Of a stretch of 64,000 nucleotides of DNA, positions 54,141 to 63,571 are shown piece after piece. Position 1 is the stretch's first letter. Every line of letters starts with the position of its first letter. A program made the translations under genes and the position numbers. The notes under the pieces are model-generated. The model had not been told where the DNA came from. It ran no database searches and was given only the letters and a program-made list of their open reading frames with translations. The stretch is from Chloroflexota bacterium (lineage in GTDB: Bacteria > Chloroflexota > Dormibacteria > Dormibacterales > Dormibacteraceae): assembly GCA_005880795.1 (NCBI GenBank), contig VBGP01000022.1, positions 17,347 to 81,346 of the forward strand, given 5' to 3'.

Positions 54141-54878
54141 CTAAGGCCCTCCCCGGACGTAGATCGTCTGGCCGGAGATGAAGCTCGACTCGTCGCTGCA
54201 GAGGAACGCGATCACGCTCGCGATGTCCTCCGGCTGGCCAATCCGCCCCAGCGGGATCTGGGAGGCGGCGCCGATCTTGAAAGCGTCGAAATCGACACCC
54301 ATCCGCTCCGCTGTGGCGCGGGTCATCCGAGTCTCCACAAAGCCAGGCGCGACGGTGTTGACGTTGACGTTGAAGGGCCCCAGCTCGATGGCCAGCGTCC
54401 TGGCCATACCCTGCAAGCCGGCCTTGGCGGTCGAGTAGTTGGTCTGGCCGCGATTGCCGAGGGCCGAGGTCGAGGAGAGAAAGACCATCTTGCCGTACTT
54501 CTGCTCGACCATCGGTCTCTGCGCGGCGCGCGCGCAGAGGAAAGTCCCCTTCAGGTGGGTGTCGATGACCGAGTCCCAGTCGTCGTCGGTCATCTTGAAC
54601 AACATGTTGTCCCGGATGATGCCGGCGCAGCACACCAGCACGTCGAGCCGTCCCAGCTCTTTCACCGCCCGCACCACCATTGAGTCGACCTGCTCGCGAT
54701 CAGTGACGTCGCAGGCGATGGCCAGGCCCTTGAGCGGCCGCGCCACCTCTTCCGCCGGCCCGACGTCCATGTCCGAGATCACGACCCGAGCGCCTTCCTG
54801 GGCGAAACGTTCAGCGGTCGCCGCACCGATGCCCCTTCCCCCGCCGGTGACCAGGACGACGCGGTCCTTGAATCTCAT
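54141..54878 (-). CDS. fabG: 3-oxoacyl-ACP reductase-like SDR (FabG family)
   Basis: Contains VLVTGGGRGIGAA, CAGI, YSTAKAG and APGFVETRMT. Confidence 0.88.
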   Translation of the reverse strand: MRFKDRVVLVTGGGRGIGAATAERFAQEGARVVISDMDVGPAEEVARPLKGLAIACDVTDREQVDSMVVRAVKELGRLDVLVCCAGIIRDNMLFKMTDDDWDSVIDTHLKGTFLCARAAQRPMVEQKYGKMVFLSSTSALGNRGQTNYSTAKAGLQGMARTLAIELGPFNVNVNTVAPGFVETRMTRATAERMGVDFDAFKIGAASQIPLGRIGQPEDIASVIAFLCSDESSFISGQTIYVRGGP

Positions 54879-56467
54879 GTCGTCTCTGTGTCGTACGCGG
54901 CGCCGCCGTCCTTACGCGGATCTGAAGCGCCGGACAGAAAGCCGTCCTTCTCGGCCACGATCACCTGCGGCCGCGCGAAGTAGGAGTCGTAGTTGAGCGT
55001 GCGCCGGTTGACGGTGTAGCCAAGCCTCTCGAGCCCGTCGCAGACGGTCCGCGGGATTCGAGCCTCCGCCTGTACGACCTCGCCCTGGAAGTCCACGCGT
55101 GGCGCGCTCACCGCTTCGACCGGCGACATCTGATGGTCTAGCACGTTGACCAGGACCTGGAGGACCGAGCTCACGATCTTCGTCCCGCCCGGTGCACCTA
55201 CGCACACGCGCAGCTTCTGCGCGTCGAAGACCATCGTCGGCGTCATCATCGTCACGCGCGTCTTTCCCGGGTGCAGTGAGTTGGGCCGGCCGGGTCGCGG
55301 ATCGAAGCAATTCATGTAGTCGTTGTAGCCGAAGCCCAGGCCAGGCGTGACCACTCCGCTCGCCGAGCCCAGCGTATGCGAGAGCGATACCGCGTTGCCG
55401 CCGTCGTCGACGACGCAGACGTGGGTCGTGTCGGCGCGGTCGTGCGCCCTGGCGCCGTTCGCCACCACCTGGCGCGCCTTGGCGGCGTACTTCTTGTCGG
55501 CGAGCGCACCCGTCGGAATCTCCACAAACCGCGGGTCGGCGATGTGCAGCTCCCGGTCGGCCACGGCCCAGGCCATCGACTCGACAAGGAGGCGCGCCGC
55601 CTCTGTGCTCGGCCATCCGTGCGCGCCGAGGTCGTAACCCTCGAGGAAGTTCAGCATCTGGAGCAGCGTCAGGCCGCCAGCCGGCGGGCCGGCCGCCGCA
55701 ACCTCCAGCCCTCGGTATGTTCCGCGAATCGGCTCGGTCACGTTTACCTTGTAGGACTCGAGGTCCTCCATGGTGATGAAGCCATGGTTGACGGTGAAGT
55801 CCGCAGCGATGGCGCGGGCGACGTCGCCTCTGTAAAAAACGTCCGGTCCCTCGCTCGCCAGCCGCTCGAGAGTGCGGGCCAGATCCGTCTGAACCATGAC
55901 CTCACCGATCGCGTAGAGCGCGCCGTCGTGCGTGTAGATCGACTTCGCGGCCGGCGTGATCTGGATGCGCTGGGTATTGGGCACGACATCCGGCCCATAG
56001 TCGGTCGTCCAGTAGCCGTGCATGAAACCGGCAACCGGGAAGCCTTGCCGCGCCAGCGGAATCGCCGGCTCGATCGCCTCCTCCCAGGAGATCGATCCGA
56101 AGCGCGTGAGCGCTTCGTACAGCCCTGCCACAGTGCCCGGGACCGCGACCGATTGGTACCCCACGTCGTTGACCCATCCCTGGAGGACGTATCCATAACG
56201 ATCGGCCGCCTCGCGGATGAAGAGCCGTTCCCACTGGTCCTCCCGGACACGCGAGCCCGCGGTGCCGTAGAACTCGATCAGCGCGTCACCGGCCTGCGGG
56301 CTGTGCACCAGCATCGCGCCGCAGCCGCCGATGCCGCACATCTGCGGGTCGATGACGCCCTGCACGAACGCGCAGGTGACGGCCGCGTCCACCGCGTTGC
56401 CCCCTCTCCTCATGACATCGAGCCCGATCTCCGCAGCCTGGGGTTGCGGGCAGACGATGATCGCCAC
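54875..56467 (-). CDS. ggt: Gamma-glutamyltransferase family protein
   Basis: Contains GGNAVDAAV, GIGGCGAMLVH, ADTTHVCVVD (autoprocessing Thr) and GAPGGTKI. Confidence 0.9.
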   Translation of the reverse strand: MAIIVCPQPQAAEIGLDVMRRGGNAVDAAVTCAFVQGVIDPQMCGIGGCGAMLVHSPQAGDALIEFYGTAGSRVREDQWERLFIREAADRYGYVLQGWVNDVGYQSVAVPGTVAGLYEALTRFGSISWEEAIEPAIPLARQGFPVAGFMHGYWTTDYGPDVVPNTQRIQITPAAKSIYTHDGALYAIGEVMVQTDLARTLERLASEGPDVFYRGDVARAIAADFTVNHGFITMEDLESYKVNVTEPIRGTYRGLEVAAAGPPAGGLTLLQMLNFLEGYDLGAHGWPSTEAARLLVESMAWAVADRELHIADPRFVEIPTGALADKKYAAKARQVVANGARAHDRADTTHVCVVDDGGNAVSLSHTLGSASGVVTPGLGFGYNDYMNCFDPRPGRPNSLHPGKTRVTMMTPTMVFDAQKLRVCVGAPGGTKIVSSVLQVLVNVLDHQMSPVEAVSAPRVDFQGEVVQAEARIPRTVCDGLERLGYTVNRRTLNYDSYFARPQVIVAEKDGFLSGASDPRKDGGAAYDTETT

Positions 56468-56602
56468 GCCACGTAAGTTAGATCAAATTCGACACAGGTC
56501 ACTTCTTAAGCCTGCGCACGCGGACTCTCTTAAGGCTCCGGCGGTTTGGCAAGAGCCCAGATTTCACGCCGTTCTAAGTCCCACATGCAAGATGGGACCG
56601 CG

Positions 56603-57139
56603 ATGAAAAAGTCACGCGGCCAGTCGCTTGTCGAAGCGGCGATCACGCTGCCGATCGTGCTGCTCCTTGCATTGGGAGTGACCGACCTCGGCCGCTCCTT
56701 CTACTACCGCGAGGCCGTGACCAACTCCGCGCGCCAGGCGCTGCGCATCGCGGTGTCTTCGTATCAGCAGAGCACCGCGAACAATGTGTGCGCGAGCACC
56801 AGCGGGGGCCCGGTCGCGGTCACCGTGACCTCGGCGATACCGCCATCGGGCGGATCGATCGTGACCATCGCGAACCAGGCGGCGCTCGAAAGCTCGAAGG
56901 ACGGCACACCGGCTGGTTCGGTGATCGCCGGCGCGACGCTCAGCGTCACCTTCCACTGCTTGAACGGCGCGGCTGTCACCAACGCAACCACCAACGGCAA
57001 TGGACCCGCCGATCCCGGCTCCGATTCCATCACCGCAACGATCACCCAATCGATGTCGGTGATCACGCCGCTGTTGTGGCCGATCACGGGCGGGTCGTTT
57101 CCGATCCGGGTGACGTCCTCCCAGAGGTCGGAGTATTGA
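56603..57139 (+). CDS. TadE-like pseudopilin family protein
   Basis: ATG at 56603. N-terminus has RGQSLVEAAITLPIVLLLALGVTDLGR (TadE signature). Confidence 0.8.
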   Translation: MKKSRGQSLVEAAITLPIVLLLALGVTDLGRSFYYREAVTNSARQALRIAVSSYQQSTANNVCASTSGGPVAVTVTSAIPPSGGSIVTIANQAALESSKDGTPAGSVIAGATLSVTFHCLNGAAVTNATTNGNGPADPGSDSITATITQSMSVITPLLWPITGGSFPIRVTSSQRSEY

Positions 57140-57765
57140 GGCGCAAAAGTACCGGCCAGGCGCTCGTCGAGTTCGCGCTTGTATTTCCGATCCTGTTCTT
57201 CATCCTTGCCCTGTCCCTCGACGCGTTCCGCGTCGACTGGGTGACATCGACGGTGGCCGAGGCTGCACGTCAGGCTGCGCGCCAGGCGGTGGCCAACGAG
57301 GTGGCGACGGACAACGCTTTCGGTGCGCCGACGGGCAGCTGCTCCGGCGTCGCGCTCACTCCGTCGGCCAACGGGTCGGGGTGCCTGACTGACAGCCGGA
57401 TCGACGAAACGGTCGACACGGTGATGGGAATCTTCAGCCGCAGCTCCTCGATGGTCGAGGCCTCCCCCTCCGCCTGCCCCACGCCGGTCGCCGGTACGAC
57501 CGAGGTGTGCATCTGGCCGTCTGAGACGGGCGCCCCGGGGAACTACGCGAGCTGCAGCACGGCGAGGAGCGCGCTCGGCCGGGACCCGATGCCCGGTGAT
57601 CTTGGATCGCGCGGAGCCGAATACTCGAGTCCGCATTACAAGGGCTGCTTCGAGGTCGTCGTGACGGTCATCTATCGGTACGACAGCCTTGTGCCGTTCC
57701 TCGGCAGCGCCGCACCCAACCTGCTGCGCATTGCCTCGTCCACCACGATGCTCGCGGAGTACTGA
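57136..57765 (+). CDS. TadE-like pseudopilin family protein
   Basis: TTG at 57136 overlaps the preceding stop (TTGA). Contains TGQALVEFALVFPILFFILALSLDAFR. Confidence 0.75.
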   Translation: MRRKSTGQALVEFALVFPILFFILALSLDAFRVDWVTSTVAEAARQAARQAVANEVATDNAFGAPTGSCSGVALTPSANGSGCLTDSRIDETVDTVMGIFSRSSSMVEASPSACPTPVAGTTEVCIWPSETGAPGNYASCSTARSALGRDPMPGDLGSRGAEYSSPHYKGCFEVVVTVIYRYDSLVPFLGSAAPNLLRIASSTTMLAEY

Positions 57766-57766
57766 G

Positions 57767-59146
57767 ATGGCTGAGCGCCGCCACAAATCGCAGAGCGGCC
57801 AGGCCGTCGTCATCGTGGTCGCGATCATCGTCGCGCTCACAGTGCTTGGAACTATGGTGTTCGACGCGGGCCTCGCGATGTCAGATCGCAGGAACCTGCA
57901 GGCCTACGCCGACGCCTCTGCGCTGGCCGGCGCGCGGTCATACGGTCCCGGCGGGAGCAAAGCGCACTGGGTCGCGATGCAATACCTCGGAACTGCCCTG
58001 GGCTTCGGCACCCCAGTCGGACCGTGCTCGAGCGCGAGCAGCTGCCCCGCGGGCGCGTACACGGTCGCCAATTACAACATCACGCTCAGCGATTCATGGC
58101 GCGTCAACGGGATCCTGAACTACCCAAGCGTGCTCGACGTCGTGATCTCGCACCGGCTGCCGAGCATCTTCGCCCGCATGCTCGGGTACTCAACTGTCAC
58201 CGCCGCCGCCTCAGCACGCGCGACGGTTCCAGGTCCGCAGTTCAACGGTGCCAACTATGCGGTGGCAGCAGTAAATGGCGACGCTTTGATCAACGGTGGT
58301 GGCGCGGCCTATCAGACGGTGACCGGGCCTGTCTACGCGTACGGATCGTTCGGCGCCAACAACAGTCCTCACTCGACTGGCGTGCCCTCGGTGCAGACCA
58401 ACTTCGACGGCACCACGTGTCCCGGCAATCCGGCCAACCACCTGGACAACGGTGGCATCAACAACAGCCTCGACTACCACACAACCGATAGCAATCCGAT
58501 GCCGCAGAACCCCAACATCGCCCCGCCGACCGTCTACGAGAACGCCGCGCCAGTGCCGCCCAGCGTCGTCTACACGTCTGCCGCGGCGGCAAAGGACGCG
58601 TCGGGCCACTGGAACCCCGGCATCTACAGCGGGTTCGCACCAAGCGGCGGGACCATGAATGGCGGCGTCTACAAGATCATCAACGCGTCGAGCGTCTCAC
58701 TCGGCAGCATCACAAACACCATCCACACTCCTTCGGGCATCTCGGATCCGACGGGGGCGGTGGCGATCGTCATGGACGGGTCGGATGGCGGGCTGGACAT
58801 CAGCCAGGCGGTCCTCAACGGGCTCGATGACCTCAACCCTCCGACGACCAACGGCCAGCGCGACCCGATGGGCACGCACAACTTCGTGATCTGGGGCGGA
58901 GGCGCCAATCCGTACACCGCCGGCGTCACGATCGGTCCCCACGCCGGGACCGACATGAGCGGAATCATCTACCTGCCGAAGAGTCCCTACGTGAGCGACG
59001 GAAACTCGAGCCCATCGTTCACCGGTTCAGTGATCGTCGACAGCATGACCGTGCACGGCGGCGGCAATGGCCAGCAGGTCTTCAAGTGGGTCTGCGGGCT
59101 CAACGCCGTCGCCGGGCAACCCTACGACGGAGGCCTCGTCAGATAG
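57767..59146 (+). CDS. TadG-like (Tad N-terminal domain) putative pilus-assembly protein
   Basis: ATG at 57767. Contains SGQAVVIVVAIIVALTVLGTMVFDAGLAMSDRRNLQAYADASALAGA, followed by a Gly/Asn/Pro-rich beta-type region. Confidence 0.75.
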   Translation: MAERRHKSQSGQAVVIVVAIIVALTVLGTMVFDAGLAMSDRRNLQAYADASALAGARSYGPGGSKAHWVAMQYLGTALGFGTPVGPCSSASSCPAGAYTVANYNITLSDSWRVNGILNYPSVLDVVISHRLPSIFARMLGYSTVTAAASARATVPGPQFNGANYAVAAVNGDALINGGGAAYQTVTGPVYAYGSFGANNSPHSTGVPSVQTNFDGTTCPGNPANHLDNGGINNSLDYHTTDSNPMPQNPNIAPPTVYENAAPVPPSVVYTSAAAAKDASGHWNPGIYSGFAPSGGTMNGGVYKIINASSVSLGSITNTIHTPSGISDPTGAVAIVMDGSDGGLDISQAVLNGLDDLNPPTTNGQRDPMGTHNFVIWGGGANPYTAGVTIGPHAGTDMSGIIYLPKSPYVSDGNSSPSFTGSVIVDSMTVHGGGNGQQVFKWVCGLNAVAGQPYDGGLVR

Positions 59147-59192
59147 ATAAATGAGTCTTCTCCCCATTCATGGGGGCCAGACCCGAACACCC

Positions 59193-60476
59193 CTACCCCG
59201 GTAATTCGATGGTAAAGGTACTGCCCGCACCCGGCTCGGTCTTGACCCGGATCGTCCCGCCGTGACGCTCCACCACCCGCCTCGCGATGGCCAAGCCCAG
59301 CCCGGTTCCGGCATCGCTGCGCTGAAACCGCTCGAAGAGCTTGGGGAGGCGCTCCTCCTCGATGCCAGGGCCGTCGTCGGCGACCGCGATCTGAGGCCCA
59401 ACCGAACCGCGGTCCACTCGCAGCCTCACCTGCGCGCCGCGCGGGCTCACACGGACGGCGTTGTCGACGAGGTTGGCGACCGCCTCCCGGAGCAGGTCCT
59501 TGTCGGCGTTGATGCTCGAGTGCGCGCCCACCTCCGTGACCAGCCCCACGCCAGAGGTGGCCGCCTGAGCGGTGTAGGCGCGCACGACGTCCGCGGTGAG
59601 CTCGGCCAGGTCCACCAGCTCGCGGCGAAGCGGCACGTCCTCATCCGCGTGCGCCAGGGAACGAAGTCGACCCAGCATCCGCTTCATGCGCTCGGCCTCC
59701 GCCACGCTGTCGGCGATCGCCTCGCCGGCCGGCCCGCTCCGCTGAGCGCGGTGGAGGATGGCGAGGTTGGTCATGATGGTCGCCAGCGGAGTCGCCACCT
59801 GGTGCGAAACGTCGGTCAGGAAACGCCGCTGGGCAGCCAGCACGCCGGCGATTTGCGCGTTCGCTCTGCTTTGCGCCTCGATCGCGCGATTCATGCGGTA
59901 GATCATCGGCAGCACGACCAGGGGCAGCGGCGCGACGACCGGGGCCTCGACCGCCAGCACCGCGATGCTCACCCCGCACGCGCCCAATGTCAGCAAAGCG
60001 GGCCATGTTGCCTGGGCGGCCTGCCTGAGCACACCCAGGTACGGCCGGCCACTGTGCAGGGCGGCAGGAAGCACCGCGACGCACAGGTTGACCACCAGGT
60101 AAAGGAAAGCCGCCGCTGACGCCCGGAGCGCCAGGGTCGCATCGACATCCTGCCCCACAGGTCCGACGAGGGCCGCCAGCGCGGCGGCCGACAGCGTGTT
60201 GCCCGAGTTCAGCGCGGTCTCGGCCCAGCTTCGGCCTACGATGCGGTTGCCGGCGAGCACGCTGAGGCCAACTGTGGCGGGCCCGACTCCGGGGGGCAGG
60301 AGCAGGGCGGCGACGAGGCATGGCAGGGCCCCCAGGTTGACCTTCTGCTCCGGACCAATCTTCACCGGGAACTTCTCGGCGAGCACCACCCCGACCAGGC
60401 AGGCCGGGACCAGCGCCCAGCGCCACGGCTGGACGGCCGCAAAACCACCCGCGGCCGCGGCGATCGCGGCCAGCAC
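59193..60476 (-). CDS. Membrane sensor histidine kinase (polytopic N-terminus, HisKA, HATPase_c)
   Basis: About 6 TM helices, then FLTDVSHQVATPLA, NLVDNAVRVSP and GTGLGLAIARRVVERHGG. Confidence 0.9.
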   Translation of the reverse strand: MLAAIAAAAGGFAAVQPWRWALVPACLVGVVLAEKFPVKIGPEQKVNLGALPCLVAALLLPPGVGPATVGLSVLAGNRIVGRSWAETALNSGNTLSAAALAALVGPVGQDVDATLALRASAAAFLYLVVNLCVAVLPAALHSGRPYLGVLRQAAQATWPALLTLGACGVSIAVLAVEAPVVAPLPLVVLPMIYRMNRAIEAQSRANAQIAGVLAAQRRFLTDVSHQVATPLATIMTNLAILHRAQRSGPAGEAIADSVAEAERMKRMLGRLRSLAHADEDVPLRRELVDLAELTADVVRAYTAQAATSGVGLVTEVGAHSSINADKDLLREAVANLVDNAVRVSPRGAQVRLRVDRGSVGPQIAVADDGPGIEEERLPKLFERFQRSDAGTGLGLAIARRVVERHGGTIRVKTEPGAGSTFTIELPG

Positions 60477-60547
60477 CAGGCCGGCCGCTGGAACCCCGAT
60501 GACAACCGCCTTCAGCGGCCCGGTAAAGGTCGCGAAGGCCTGGGGCT

Positions 60548-60916
60548 TCAGTTGATTGGGACGTCCAGGTAAAGGGTGATCAGCTCACTACCGTCTCGGG
60601 CAGTCGTGACGCGGTAACGATTGTCCGAGGAGACGACGTGTGAGTGCGCCGGCACATGCACGTAGACGGTGATCAACGTACCGCCCCTCCCGTCGGGCTC
60701 CGCCTTCGCATCGTCCGTGACCTGGCCCTTGAGGTGCATCGCGTACGGCGGAAGGTAGACCAGGTTGTTGACCAGCAGGTTGTGCCCACCGGGGGTGACC
60801 ACCTGGATCGGAGGGTCAGTGACGCACCACGCCATGTTCGCCGACGCCCCCCCGCCACCCGCGAACAACATCGCCCCCGCCCCAACCGCTCCGACCACCA
60901 CGCTCTTCGCTTTCAT
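60548..60916 (-). CDS. Small secreted hypothetical protein located between the response regulator and the kinase
   Basis: Signal-like N-terminus MKAKSVVVGAVGAGAMLFAGGGGASA. 122 aa. No family recognised. Confidence 0.55.
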   Translation of the reverse strand: MKAKSVVVGAVGAGAMLFAGGGGASANMAWCVTDPPIQVVTPGGHNLLVNNLVYLPPYAMHLKGQVTDDAKAEPDGRGGTLITVYVHVPAHSHVVSSDNRYRVTTARDGSELITLYLDVPIN

Positions 60917-60927
60917 GTCCTCCGCTC

Positions 60928-61608
60928 CTATTCCGGGCTGAACCGATAACCGAGACCGCGAACCGTATGGATCAACCTCGAGCCTCCCTCCTGCTCGAGC
61001 TTCTGCCGAATCCGAGAGATATGGACCTCGAGCGAGTTCGACTCGGGGCCTGTCGTGACGGCCCAGACGGCCTCCGCCAGCTGCGCGTAGGTGACGAGCT
61101 GTCCGCTGCTCCGCATAAGGGCTGCCAGAACGCGGAACTCAATCCCGGTCAGGCTCAGCTGCCTGTCGTCGCGCCTTGCCCTTCCCTCGCTGAGGTCGAC
61201 GACCACGTCGCCCGACGTGAGCTTCGAGCCGCCCTTGCCGCGATGCCGGCGGATGACGGCCTCGACGCGAGCCATCAGCTCTTCGAGGGCGAATGGCTTG
61301 GTCAAGTAGTCGTCCGCGCCCATCTTCAGGCCGGCGATCCGGTCGCTGACCGACGAGCGGGCGCTGATTCCTACCAGAGCGGCGTCCGTCTCCGCGCGGA
61401 AGGCTTCGAAGAGCTCAGGACCTTCGTTGTCTGGGAGCATGAGGTCGAGCAGCACGACGTCCGGGTTCCACTGCCGGACAAGGTCGAGCCCGCGGCCAGC
61501 CGACTCAACCGCCCGGACGGTGTAGCCTTCCTCTCCCAGCCCGGTGGCGACCGCCCGCGCCAGGCGCCGGTCGTCCTCCACCAAAGCGATTTTCCACTTG
61601 ATGGTCAT
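60928..61608 (-). CDS. Response regulator, OmpR/PhoB family
   Basis: REC domain (IALVEDDRRLA...VLLDLMLPDNEG) plus winged helix (LTGIEFRVLAALM...IHTVRGLGYRF). Confidence 0.93.
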   Translation of the reverse strand: MTIKWKIALVEDDRRLARAVATGLGEEGYTVRAVESAGRGLDLVRQWNPDVVLLDLMLPDNEGPELFEAFRAETDAALVGISARSSVSDRIAGLKMGADDYLTKPFALEELMARVEAVIRRHRGKGGSKLTSGDVVVDLSEGRARRDDRQLSLTGIEFRVLAALMRSSGQLVTYAQLAEAVWAVTTGPESNSLEVHISRIRQKLEQEGGSRLIHTVRGLGYRFSPE

Positions 61609-61706
61609 GCGGACGGAATTCTCCCATGGAACTTGCGAAGTTCATGTCGCTACGCCGTAACCGCTGAATTTCGCTCAGCGTTCGTAACCAGCGTGGGCGG
61701 AACGCT

Positions 61707-62441
61707 TTGAGGCGGCCGCCGGCGTTCGTTCGTCGGCTGGGCGTAGCGGTCGCCGTCGTCGCCACTCTGCTCGCGCCAAGTGCTGCGACGCTGTGGATCT
61801 GGACTCCTGACGCTTCGGACGTGCAGGATCGCGTCCACGCGCTCACCGACTCTTACGGCGTCCCCATGCTGGGCGAGAACGACGTGCCACAGCTGATGGC
61901 TGATGCGGTCGTGGCCGTCGAAGACGAGCATTTCTATTCCCACCACGGGATTGATTCGATCGGCCTCGGACGGGCTCTTCTCTACGACTTGGTCAACGTC
62001 TGCCTCTGCGAGGGCGGTTCGACGATCACTGAGCAGCTGGCCAAGGATGTCTACCTGGGCGGGTCCGATCGCGGCTACAACAAGCTGGCGAGCCTGGCCC
62101 TCGCCCTGAAGATCGAGCGGCTGCTCACCAAGCGCCAGATCATGGCCGACTACCTCAGCGAGATCACGACAGGTCTCGGGCGATATGGCGTGACGGCCGC
62201 CGCCTGCGCCTATTTCCGCGCTCCGCTCCATGGCCTGACGCTGGGCCAGTACGCACTCCTCGCCGGGGTGACGCAGGCGCCGTCGCTCTACGACCCGACA
62301 GTCAACCCGGAAGCCGCTGCGGCGCGCCGCTCGCACGTTCTGGCAGCGATGGTTTCCGAGCGCTTCATCACGGCCGACCAGGCCCGGAGCGCCGAGGCTG
62401 AGCCGGTGCTGGACAGGGGGCCGGGCCGCCCCGGCTGCTAG
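61707..62441 (+). CDS. Monofunctional peptidoglycan glycosyltransferase (GT51)
   Basis: Contains AVEDEHFYSHHGID, GGSTITEQLAKD and KIERLLTKRQIMADYL. N-terminal membrane anchor. Confidence 0.88.
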   Translation: MRRPPAFVRRLGVAVAVVATLLAPSAATLWIWTPDASDVQDRVHALTDSYGVPMLGENDVPQLMADAVVAVEDEHFYSHHGIDSIGLGRALLYDLVNVCLCEGGSTITEQLAKDVYLGGSDRGYNKLASLALALKIERLLTKRQIMADYLSEITTGLGRYGVTAAACAYFRAPLHGLTLGQYALLAGVTQAPSLYDPTVNPEAAAARRSHVLAAMVSERFITADQARSAEAEPVLDRGPGRPGC

Positions 62442-62446
62442 GAGCT

Positions 62447-63571
62447 CTATCCGAGCCAGGCCATCGGGGAGGTCGCATCGAAGCCGTTGTTCGTCGTCAG
62501 CTGGACCGGCTTAACAGGAGGTACGGGCGGAGGGGGCGACTGACTGGGTAGCGGCCCGTTGTGCGGACCGCCAGGCGTCGGGCTGGGTGGAGGGCTGGGG
62601 GGCGGCGGCAAATATGCCGCCTTGGGCAGCAACCACAGCTGGAACAGGCCGTCTCCGGCGCCCGGCGCGAGGTAAGCGATGCCCGATCCGTCGGGCGCCC
62701 ATGTTGGCTGAGCAACCAGCTGGTTCGTGACAAGATTCCTGCGAGCGCCCAGGCTGGAACCATTCCAGGTCGCGATCGTGAGGTACGAAACCTGCTTCTC
62801 ATACGTGCACACCATCGCAATCTGCGCCCCATCAGCTGAAAGGGATGGCGTACGGCAGTCCTCCCCGGGGTTGGTGAGCGCCCGTCCATAGGTTCCGGCG
62901 CGGCTGGTGAACCAGAGTTGTCCCACCAGCTTGGTATCGGGCCCAAAACTGTATTTCGTATAAATGACGCCGCCGGAAACGGGGATCGGTTGCTGATCGC
63001 CGCCTGAGTAGTTGCCGCCATCCGTCCAGGCGCGGGCCTGCCGAATGGTGCCGCCAAATGGCATCGCGTAAACGGCAGGGCTGACGTCGTAGCAGCCGTC
63101 GCATTTCAATCCGTCGTACGTCATCCAGAGTGTTTGCCCGTCCGGGCTCAATCGTGGGTAGAAGGACCAGTGGTTCAAGCTGGGATCACTTATCCCGTAG
63201 CGCGATTGGTTATTCGTCAGCTGGCGCTGGGGAGTACCGAACAGGTTCAGGACGAACACGTCCGACCAGTAGGCGCCGTTTTTGATGGCGATCAGGTTGC
63301 TGCCGTTTGGAGACAGCGAAGGTTGGCTCCAACCAGCCTCGGGGGTTAGCTGGTGAAAGCGACCACTGCTCAGGCTGTAAATCGCGCCGGACTGCGTGAG
63401 ATACAGCGTGCCCGGCAGCACAAGGGCCTGCGGCCTCGGAGCCGACGCGGTTGGCTTTTGGGCAGGCACCGCGACCCTGGATTGGCGGGAGCCAAGATAG
63501 ATGTACGTCGACATGCCGACAAAGATCATCACCACTGCCAGGCCGAACGCAAGCAGGAAGCGCGGGATCAA
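62447..63571 (-). CDS. Membrane-anchored TolB-like beta-propeller (PD40/WD40-like repeats) protein with Pro-rich C-terminal tail
   Basis: Repeated SPNGS, SPDGQ, SADGA and APDGS motifs. The tail is PPPPSPPPSPTPGGP...PPPPVPPVKP. TTG at 63571 overlaps the LCP stop (TTGA). The track start is 63643. Confidence 0.7.
   Translation of the reverse strand: MIPRFLLAFGLAVVMIFVGMSTYIYLGSRQSRVAVPAQKPTASAPRPQALVLPGTLYLTQSGAIYSLSSGRFHQLTPEAGWSQPSLSPNGSNLIAIKNGAYWSDVFVLNLFGTPQRQLTNNQSRYGISDPSLNHWSFYPRLSPDGQTLWMTYDGLKCDGCYDVSPAVYAMPFGGTIRQARAWTDGGNYSGGDQQPIPVSGGVIYTKYSFGPDTKLVGQLWFTSRAGTYGRALTNPGEDCRTPSLSADGAQIAMVCTYEKQVSYLTIATWNGSSLGARRNLVTNQLVAQPTWAPDGSGIAYLAPGAGDGLFQLWLLPKAAYLPPPPSPPPSPTPGGPHNGPLPSQSPPPPVPPVKPVQLTTNNGFDATSPMAWLG

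Noticed and set aside
62497-62640. Proline-rich stretch as a separate gene or repeat
   Set aside because: It is the in-frame C-terminal tail (PPPPSPPPSPTPGGP...) of the TolB-like protein. The alternative-frame ORFs here are shadow ORFs.
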